In this document: in pieces, positions 54,035-64,000 of the stretch
Position numbering within the stretch: position 1 is the first letter of the stretch
How the letters are laid out: each line of letters opens with the position of its first letter
Position numbers and translations under genes: made by a program
From: Chrysomallon squamiferum
Taxonomy: Eukaryota > Animalia > Mollusca
Assembly: GCA_012295275.1 (NCBI GenBank)
Contig: CM022679.1
Location: forward strand, 5,456,001-5,520,000
Direction of reading: 5' to 3'
DNA: 64,000 bases
Notes under the pieces: model-generated
Seen by the model: only the letters and a program-made list of their open reading frames with translations
What the model was told of the DNA's origin: nothing
Databases searched by the model: none

Positions 54035-55750
54035 GAATAGTAGTATTAGTAATAGTACATGATTATTATCACCATCATCATTACTGTCATTTTATTGGTG
54101 GTAGTTGACGAAGTTCAGATGTAGTTGTACTATTTGTAGTCGCAGCAGTGTTAGTACTGCTTATATTAATATATACTCTATACCATTATGGTTAATAATC
54201 TTTAAATATATGATTAAAATATGTCTGCCTCAGGTTCTGGTTTATGCACCAGTATCATCGTCATAATCGTCGCCGTCGTCATCATATTTATCAGGTATTT
54301 TATTAACAAGAATTAAATATAATTTATACACGAGTACATTTACAGTGAAAGCATTTAGCAACAACAACGACGACTACTCACTTCAATCCAAACATTCGGC
54401 AGGCAACTACGGCGTCAACGGATGACCAGGCATCGTCACAAATCGTTCCCCAAGTTGCATTGTAAAATATTTCAACTCGACCTTCCATAGGATTTGATCC
54501 ATTCACAAGCCGAACACCAGTAGAGCTTGCTGTATAAAAAATATAATTAATTAGTTTAGTACGAGTAGCAGAGAAAATATGGGAACTGCGGTTTGTACAA
54601 AGTTACATTTAGAAAAACGGATCGAAGCATGATATGTCGTAGGATCAATTCTCATCAGCGAGCTCTTTAAGCTAATCCCAGTTCCAATGAATATTTATTT
54701 TCATTTGTGTTTTAAATATTATCTGAGGCAAATTGGGTTTCCTCTTTTGTATTTCGAAGAAGGTTGGAACCGTAAAAACTGTAACAAGATCAGTAAGAAG
54801 GATTTGATCCAGCGTTCTGACAACTAAACTACAACCCTCTATTTTTCACACATTACATATGCAGAGTATACACCATTTTGGAAACATGAGATACACGTAA
54901 AAGTGTTTTACTTTTGCTGTTTATCTTAAAAGAAAACAAAAGCAATGGTATATCACATCTGAAATGCATTTAAATATTCCATTTCGCTCTAAACATTAGA
55001 TTAGACATCAACTATTTTTTAACGAACGATATTAAAATATTCTACACAAAACTAAATATCTAGTATTTCTTAACCAAAGTATTAAAATATTCTACACTGC
55101 AATAAACATCAAGAATTTATTAACCAAAGATATTAAAATATTCTACACTGCAATAAGAACGCAAGGTACATACCACTCCACTCAAATTCGAAGCCTGTTT
55201 TGCTAATGCTGTAGTCACTCGTAAACCTCAACCAGTAAGAACTGGCGTACAGAACCGGCATCAGTCGACCACTGAATTGTCCTATTAATCTCCCGTGCGG
55301 TCCCATTTCTCGAACCTGAAAAATTAACAATTTTATACCATACCTTGAGTTACGTTAATTAGATTACGTACGCGTTACGATAATTGTATCTACACACATG
55401 TACACAAATACACACACACAGACATACATAATACATACATATGCACGTACAAATATATATATATGCACACAAACACACACAGAGAGATTTAAATATAGAT
55501 ATACTGTTTAAATATGTTATATGTATATGCATGGACAAAATTATGCAGTATAATATCATAAAAGTCAGTACCTCGATTTTATCATATCCACCCTCCAAAT
55601 CGAAGTGTCTGGCTTGCAGTTTAATAACAAACCGATCGCTAACGTGAGGCCGAATGAAGTAATCACACTGAGTGTAACTTGGGTATTCGTTTGGAAAATT
55701 TGGTGATATTATTCGGCCATCAGATGTGTTATAAAAGTATCGACAATCTA

Positions 55751-55794
<44 letters not shown>

Positions 55795-55834
55795 TAATAA
55801 TAGTAAATAAATAAATTAATTAATAATAATAATA

Positions 55835-55867
<33 letters not shown>

Positions 55868-55980
55868 TTGATGATTTCAAGAAATAACTCATGAATTTAT
55901 TTTTAAATACAGTTAAAATCACTAGAGTATTTGGAAAATAAATACATCTCATTGCAATAGTTTTAATATATCGTATTAAT

Positions 55981-56041
<61 letters not shown>

Positions 56042-57158
56042 GCATACACTCTTTCTAAATGTCTCTCTTTGCGTCTCTCTCGCCTTTTTTCTCTTTTCTC
56101 TTTATCTCCAATTTTTCATTCCTTCTTTTTCTCTCTATCTTTCTTTCTTTACGTCTTTCGTTCTCTCTCATTATTTCTTCATATCAGTCCTTCTGTTTCT
56201 GACTCATTCTTTTTTGTCTTTTTTCCTTCATCCTTTCTCCACTCTTTCATTCTTCCTGTTTCTCTCATTTTACTTTATTTCTCTATATCTCCTTTTTTTT
56301 CTCGTTCTCTCACTGACCATCAGCTTCTAACTATCGTTATTTTGTCTTTATGTATATTTTGTTTAATGAAATGCACTTGGTTGTATGCGCTTTGCTAACG
56401 TCCTTGTCTTCTTTGTTAACAGTTTTACTACAAAGTTATTTTGACTTATAAAATTAAGACAGTACATACCCGTCATAGTTCTTGGCTTTGACGAACACAA
56501 TACACTTGACACTGACGTAACCTTTAAACAGCAAACACTTGTAATATCAACGTGCATATTCAGTACTAATCAAAATCGTGTCTTCTACCGTCGTAATATT
56601 GTTTCAATAGCCGAACAAACGTTTTGTGCTTTGTTGTTTTTTGTTGTTGTTGTTGTTGTTTTTTGTAAATCTTCATATTGTGTTTGTTGTTTTTGCTGCT
56701 GCTGCTGTTGTTGTTGTTATTTTTGTTTTTGTTTTTGTTGTTGTTGTTGCTTCTTTTTTGTTGTTTGGTATTTGTGAGTTTTTGGGGGGGTTTATGTGTG
56801 TGTTTTGCTTTGTTTATGTTTTCTCCTTGTTTATTTTTACTAGTTTTTGAGAAGAAAAAAAATTATATTATTTATTTATTGTTTTTATGGGGAAGAAGTT
56901 CCAATTTTTCAAACATAAAATCATGAAACATTTTATCAATATTATTTAGCATTTACATTAATTTTGACAGAACGAGATATTACACCAAAATCTCTAACTA
57001 TGGTAAGACGTATTTAGTTCGTATTGGAGGTGTCTGAGGTAAGACATATCCGTGTTAAACAGAATTCTGTTTAAAGTCAACAAAAAGAGATTAGCAATAA
57101 AATAAATCGAGTCAACACTTACAAATAAGAGGAGAGCCACTTCAGTACACAACAACAT
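47451..57158 (-). CDS. Gene B: DMBT1-like membrane protein SP-CUB-SRCR-CUB-SRCR-ZP-TM, ~846 aa after correcting a 1-bp frameshift
   Basis: Minus-strand exons, all phase-consistent: 57158-57123 and 56521-56470 ([23 protein letters not shown]), 55747-55572 and 55315-55174 (CUB1), 54529-54382 and 53823-53648 (SRCR1 VRLVNG..EGRVEI....WGTICDD.W....[13 protein letters not shown]), 53342-53289, 52979-52810 and 52223-52079 (CUB2), 51575-51428 and 50443-50271 (SRCR2), 50052-49996, 49795-49584 (ZP-N), 49054-48642, 48457-48206 (ZP-C; extra nt near 48336-48340; basic RRQVR site, [11 protein letters not shown]), 47638-47451 (TM, tail ..[16 protein letters not shown]). Confidence 0.92.
55029..55157. repeat. 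~51-bp tandem repeat, 2.5 copies, intronic
   Basis: attaaaatattctacac...ttaaccaaag occurs at ~55031, 55081 and 55132, adjacent to the CUB1 exon donor. Confidence 0.8.
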
Positions 57159-57381
57159 CCTTATAGGTTTATTTTCTCTACATTAAAACTATCTTTACTT
57201 GTCTGTGCTCGTGTGATCTCAACTCGTGCAGTATTATACTTTAACCGTATTCGACATTCTCTGAATTGGATGGGTCAAGTGCCGGATAAATTCAAGACAA
57301 TCAGATTATGTTTAACATTGCTAAGTACGCTTTATTTAAATATAGACGTTACAGTTCATTCGCCTGTCTGTATCCCTGTTT

Positions 57382-57419
<38 letters not shown>

Positions 57420-58078
57420 CATGTGTGTTATCCGGAAAGACGATAGAAAGGAAGGATGTCACGTGACACCTGAATGTTGCGATATATCGCAGTATCATAA
57501 CATCCTATTCTGTTCGTTTCCTTCAGTCACAATGGTCTAGTGTCAAAGTTTATGTTTCGAGAATACAGTGTAATAAATGTAATATAAGACATTTTAAAGT
57601 AAAGATTCTAGATTTATACGTGATATAATGTTACAATTTAAGTGCCTGCAGTGATGATTCAGTTATATAAAGATGAAATGCAAGCTAATTTTAAACGAAT
57701 GGTCAATGTCTTCACTAATTATATATATACTTAAACATACAAATATACATATACATACATATATATGCATACATAATTGTGTATATAGTACACACAAACA
57801 TCAATATGCACGGCACACATACACATACATAAACATATGCATATACACACGTACACATACATATATACAGGTACAGAAACAAACATACGTACATATATAC
57901 ATACATACATACATACACACATACATACACAAATCCTGATGCGTATACACAGAGATAATAGCTATCGTATTGTTTTTAAATACAGTGGTGTAGTTCCAGT
58001 CTATGTTTTATATAAGAGCGTAGGAATGTATGTATATATGTATGGACGTATGTATGTATTTTCAGGCTTAATAAACTA

Positions 58079-58116
<38 letters not shown>

Positions 58117-58146
58117 TTTTGTTTAGTTTATTATTAAGATTTGTTG

Positions 58147-58177
<31 letters not shown>

Positions 58178-58463
58178 TTAAATATTGATTTATTTATTTT
58201 AGCGCATTTCAGCCTAATTTACTTTCTGTGTGTGGTTCTTTATTATTATTTTTACGTAGTGTAGCACATTTTCATATTGTTCTAATAAACAACAGAATTT
58301 CATGCTAACATCTATAACTAAGATATCAGTTACATTAATATTTTCTGTAGAGGTCGTAATATAAAAATATTTAAAAAAGTCATTATTTTTTAAACAATCA
58401 CAGATTATCATATTACCGTTTTACCTCCAAATAACTAATTTTATAGCCAATATAATTGCTGTG

Positions 58464-58511
58464 ACGGTAGATGGCAGATATAATTTTGTTCATTGATTTC
58501 GATATATAAAA
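58464..58511 (+). promoter_or_regulatory. Gene C core promoter: TATA box with an upstream CTCF-like word
   Basis: TATATAAAA at 58503-58511, ~45 bp before the ATG at 58553. ACGGTAGATGGCAG at 58464-58477 partly matches CCASYAGRKGGCRS. Confidence 0.5.
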
Positions 58512-58552
58512 CCCGAGAACCAAAACGCAGACAGAAATCCTGAACAAAAACC

Positions 58553-59152
58553 ATGTTCAAGAATTATTGGGCCGTTTGTCTTGGCGTATTTTTGGTAAGT
58601 ATGTTCTTCTTTTCTTCAGTTTCGTACATCTTGATTGTTTCCCCAAAGACTCAGGTATACGGCATAGCACTGAGAAATATTATGAGAACGGAACATATCG
58701 TGAATATGTAAACACAGATAAAACATAAAATAAACACTTTATTTGACTTAAATATAAATCGCCAAATTTATTAAGTTATTTTTTTTCCTGATTGGATGCC
58801 CCTCCCCCATTTGGATGCCCGTGGCCACCGCCCCATCTGCCCCCTGCTCTGTACACCACTGTTTTTCTTTAATTTATTATTTATCTCACAGCGGCGAAAG
58901 AACGATAACTTATCACAGAAGTGGAGCACGAATTCGCATCACCATTTGTCCTGGTTCTAAAGTGTTAATCAAAGCAAGCATAAGCCATGTATTTTAGAAA
59001 AATATATCTGCTATATCACTGTATATCTATCTGCACAGTAAGATGTTTAATTTTTCAGTCATGGGATATTAATCTTTTTTCTACAATAAATCATATTTGG
59101 GATGGTATCACACCGGAATGTGACTGTATTTAATAATAATAATAATAATAAC

Positions 59153-59189
<37 letters not shown>

Positions 59190-59588
59190 TATGAGCTAAA
59201 ATATAAACGAATTATTATTTGTCAATGTAGGGTTAACAGTCGCAAATTACATATTACTACCATGGATTCGATTTTCGTTTGAGTTTCTTCTATGTGATCT
59301 GTGATAAAATCAGTCCATTTTTCACTTTTTCATACAGAAAATTAAGTAATATACTTGTCACGTTAACCGCTGATATAAGTTTATTGTAACTGAATGTGCG
59401 ATGATGTATCACCTAAATTATGCCAGATTAATAGGTAATGTTTATTTCTCCACTGTAGGACCCATGCTCTAATCTCGGGCGAGCGCTTCGCAAATTAGAA
59501 ATAGCCTTTTATTTTTATAGAAGAAGAACAATAACAATAAAAAGAAGAAAAAAAGAAGAACAAGAAATATAATTATTTTAGAAAAATA

Positions 59589-59630
<42 letters not shown>

Positions 59631-60220
59631 CAGCTAAATTAAGTTATATATTTTCTTTCAGTTTGTTTTCTTGGGAAAGGCAGCTTGCACACGTGAGTTG
59701 CAGTATATCATCATCATCATTATCAGCAGCATCAGCAGCATCATAATCATCAATCTACTTTAGTCTTATTAGTATGATCATCAACATCATCATCGCCATC
59801 ATTATTATTACTACTACTACTACTATTACTCCTAATACTAATACTATTGTTGTTTTAGTTTGTGTTCTATTTAGTTGTTGTTGTTTTTCTTCTTGTTCCT
59901 AATGTTTAATACAGATGTTATAATGTGTGTGTTTACTATTTAAGGAGAGAAATGTAAAGACAGAAATGCAGGTTGTTTACAGAATGCGTCTTTCTGTCAT
60001 AGCGAAGACGAAACCTTCAGAAAAGTAATGAAGAATTTTTGTCCGAAAACTTGCGGTTATTGTAGTAAGTACGATTTCTGAATCAAAACGACAAATGAAA
60101 GAAATATATAGTTTTATTTCTTGGAAGGGTTCCGTTATACTTCTTTTTTTTCTTTTTTTATTGTTTACACCTCTCTCTCTCTCTCTCTCTCTCATGACTG
60201 AGTAATAAAAACCAAAACAA

Positions 60221-60304
<84 letters not shown>

Positions 60305-60493
60305 GCAGACAGAAAAAAGAAGAGACTATAAAAGAAATTCCTAATTATTTTATAGAAACTCACCCGTGTGCTAAGAAGCCGTGCAAACACAACGGCGTCT
60401 GTGTAAGAACCGACGACAGTTTCAAGTGTCAGTGTACACAGGGTTTTACCGGACAGTTCTGCGACAAAAGTTAGTGTCAAAAACAACATGTAA

Positions 60494-60586
<93 letters not shown>

Positions 60587-61274
60587 ATTATTATTTATTT
60601 ATTCATTCACTTACTTAATAAATTATTTATTTATTTACTTATCTATTAGTTGGTTTGTTTATTTATTTATTTATTTATTCTATTTATCAATTTTTATTTG
60701 TTTATTAATTTCACATAAAGAGATTGATCCTTGCGACAGGAAACCCTGCAGACATGGTGGAAAATGCTACAACATGAGCTACAAGAAATTCAAATGTAAA
60801 TGTCAAGAAGGATACGCAGGATCGCGCTGTGAAAAAAGTAAGATTTCTCTTGTACATTATATCAGAAAGTAAATGTTAAATAAAGTGTTCGTTTTACATT
60901 ATATTTGAAAGTAAATGTCAAGTATTGGTTTAATTATTTTCAAATGTAAACGTCAAGCAGGATTATAGTCATGAAAAATATAACCTACTTCTTATACGTT
61001 ATATTCAAATGTACATGTCAGTTAAGTTATTTATTGTATATTCAAAATGTAAATATCAAGCAGGATACGCGGAATTACCTTGTTGAAAAAAGTAAACTAC
61101 TTCTACATAGCATACGAAAGTAAATTTTAAGTAAATCACATATTCGCATGTGAAAATATACATGTATATGTTTCTGTACTTAATTCTTTGTGTGCGCTAA
61201 TTCTGGACCCCTGCATTCATCAAAGCATGTCGTTACTTTTCTCTCTCTGTTTATCTGTATGTATATTTATGTGT

Positions 61275-61357
<83 letters not shown>

Positions 61358-61850
61358 AAAAAATAAAAAAAAAAAAAAAAAATTAAAAATTTACATAAGC
61401 AGATATATATTGCTCACAGAAACTCACCCGTGTATTAAGATGCCATGTAAAAACAATGGAGTTTGTGTGACAGCTGAGGACAACAATTTCAAATGTCAGT
61501 GTCTACATGGTTTCACTGGACATTTCTGTGAAAAAGGTTATTATTATTATTGGTAGTAGTAGTAGTAGTAGAAGCTGCAGCAGCAGCAGCAGCAGCAACA
61601 GAAGTAGCAGTAGCATTATTATAATTATTATAATTTTATATGATTATTATCATAATTATCATCTTATTGGTTGTTGTTACTGTAAGATGTAGTTGTTCTA
61701 GCTATTGCCACAGCAGTGGTAGTATTGCTTGTAGTAATGGTAATGGTAGTGATAGCTGTAGTAATAGAATAGTGGTAGTAGTAATACTAGTAGTGTTAGT
61801 AGTATCAACAATAATACTAGTAATAGTAGTAGTTATTATTGTTATTGTTA

Positions 61851-61902
<52 letters not shown>

Positions 61903-62335
61903 TTGAAGATTCATGTAAAGACTTTTCACCAAATTGCGTGATGTTTCATAAAGGACATCCATTTTGTATTTACAACCCCAGAGCCATGATGTGCAAGAAA
62001 ACCTGTGGACTTTGTCATGGTAAGTCATTACAAACACAGCAATTACCATCATCATCAGTGTTATTAGTAGTACTACTGCTACCACAATTATTATTATTAG
62101 TAGTAGTAGTAGTAGTAGTAGTATTATTAATAATGTTGCTACAGTTATTGCTGTTGTCATTTTTACTTCAGCAGAAGATTTGTGTCAAGACATGTTTGGA
62201 GGATGTAGAAAATTTCACAAAGGACATCCATTTTGTGTCAATTACTCTGCAGCTGTCATGTGCAGAAAGTCATGTGGTTTCTGTCACGTGGAAGGTGAAA
62301 AGAAACAAAAGCATGAGAAAGAAGGTAATATAGAT

Positions 62336-62410
<75 letters not shown>

Positions 62411-62495
62411 TAGCAAGAGAGAGAGACAGAGAGAGAAGAGAGAGAGAGAGAGAGACAGAGATAGAGAGAAAGATAGAAGAGAGACAAAGAGATAT

Positions 62496-62567
<72 letters not shown>

Positions 62568-63287
62568 TTGATTACAATAGATTCATACTGTTATTATTGT
62601 GATTATGATAATGATCATAATGTTGATGATGATAACGACAATATTTTATTATTATTATTATTATTATTATAAAATTTGTATTCGTCATTAGGAAATTCAT
62701 GCAGAGACAAGTCACAAAGATGCACAATGTTTCATAAAGGACACCCATTTTGTATTTATGACCATCGAGCCATTATGTGTAAAAAAACCTGCAGACTTTG
62801 TCATGGTAAGTTGCAATAATGGAGATGCACACTAACTTCGACACATATATACATATATACCCTAACAAACACACACACATACATACATATATACCCTAAC
62901 AAACACACAGACACACATACAAACACACACACACAGACAAAGCTACACCCATACAAACATGCACACATGCAAACACACAAACATACACAGACACACATAT
63001 ACATTTTAAGTATATTTTCCTTATTGGATTGTTTTTGTTTTTTTTTTTTGGAAGATAGAAGGTGGGACAGTTGAGTATTTTTTTTTTCAGATTTCTTTAA
63101 TCATTTAGTTATTTATTTATTTATTTATATTTTAAAGAGGTTAATATTGTTTTTGGTATAAAGTTTATAATATCTGAAATTGTTCATGTTCAGTTGTGTA
63201 TTTTAAGTTTCAGAATCAACCAAACATGCAAACTACTACACCAAACATAAATATCAGCCAGCTGTAATGTGGACAAAACCCCAATAG
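58553..63287 (+). CDS. Gene C: secreted ShKT-EGF-EGF-EGF-ShKT-ShKT-ShKT protein, 332 aa, intact
   Basis: Exons 58553-58594 and 59662-59692 (SP MFKNYWAVCLGVFLFVFLGKAAC), 59945-60064 (ShKT CKDRNAGC..FC..MKNFCPKTCGYC), 60356-60469, 60721-60837, 61420-61536 (EGF PC..PC.H/N.G.C...FKC.C..G(F/Y).G..C), 61903-62019, 62172-62324, 62692-62805 (ShKT C.D....C..FHKGHPFC.......MC.K.C..C), 63214-63287 (tail, TAG). The total is 999 nt with no frameshift. AATAAA at 63386-63391. Confidence 0.9.
58790..58861. mobile_element. GC-rich MITE-like terminus in gene C intron 1
   Basis: ttggatgccc x2, C-rich, ending ...tacaccactg (reverse complement CAGTGGTGTA). This resembles hAT-type MITE ends. Confidence 0.4.
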
Positions 63288-63385
63288 ACAAAATGTTATA
63301 AGCAGAACAAGCCAAAACAGGACCACAGCAACTTTGAAAAAACAAAATAATAATAATTTTCATTTCTATCCCGATACATTTTGTG

Positions 63386-63391
63386 AATAAA
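63386..63391 (+). terminator. Polyadenylation signal of gene C
   Basis: AATAAA 98 nt after the TAG, followed by GU-rich tgtttttgtgttgtgtgttt. Confidence 0.7.
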
Positions 63392-64000
63392 AGTTAATAC
63401 TGTTTTTGTGTTGTGTGTTTATTTCTCATTAGTTCTGTGATGCTTTTCTTAAAATGAATCCAGCATTGAAATGTAGACATATAGATTCATAGATAGAAAC
63501 ATATACATGTACATACATATGTATGCACTTACATACAAACATACATGCTAAACACAAATTTATATTACTATTTCTTTAATTATTATTATTATTAGCAATA
63601 CTTCTAGTATTACTACCATTTGTTAACTCTACCATAAATGTTAACACTACTTTCACTTCTATTATTACTTATGCAGTATTATCTTTGGATCAACAACTAC
63701 TACAAAGACTATTACAGTTACACGAACAACAATTACTTTTATTACTCCTCCTTGTCCCCTCCCCATCCTCCTCCTCCTACTACAACAATCATCACTGCAC
63801 TCGTCTGATATAAAAATACATCAAGATATGGTCCATATTATCTAACAACTTCCATTCATAAATATTAAATGGCAAAGGAAATCAAACGTGTAGGTCTACA
63901 GTTGTACAATTACAATCATGTAACTGATTTAATACTGGTAGTGTAAAGACTATTTCAAGACTAAGTCTATTTCTCTTTGTATAAACTGTAACTTCAAGTA

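Overview
Eukaryotic (metazoan) genomic DNA: AT-rich, dense in microsatellites, with spliceosomal GT-AG introns. It looks molluscan or cephalopod-like, but that is inference. Almost all ORFs in the supplied track are simple-repeat artefacts. Reading splice sites and intron phases by hand gives five genes. (1) The first coding exon of a receptor guanylate cyclase (Gyc32E/NPR-like, minus strand, 17147-17557). (2) An intronless, Arg-rich histone H1-like / protamine-like gene (minus, 33865-34371) with a TATA box and a perfect histone 3' stem-loop. (3) An 11-exon SP-ShKT-CUB-ZP-TM gene (plus, 39978-46743). (4) A 16-exon DMBT1-like SP-CUB-SRCR-CUB-SRCR-ZP-TM gene (minus, 47451-57158). (5) A 10-exon secreted SP-ShKT-EGFx3-ShKTx3 gene (plus, 58553-63287). 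Genes 3-5 form a compact ~23 kb cluster linked by shared ZP, CUB and ShKT modules. Each ZP gene carries one 1-bp frameshift in its ZP domain, which is either an assembly error or a real lesion. The window also holds two inverted Tigger/pogo non-autonomous transposon copies flanking the cyclase exon, a tRNA-derived SINE-like head, a LINE-like 3' tail, long hairpins, minisatellites and a near-perfect CTCF motif. All domain calls come from recognising motifs by eye; no database search was run.
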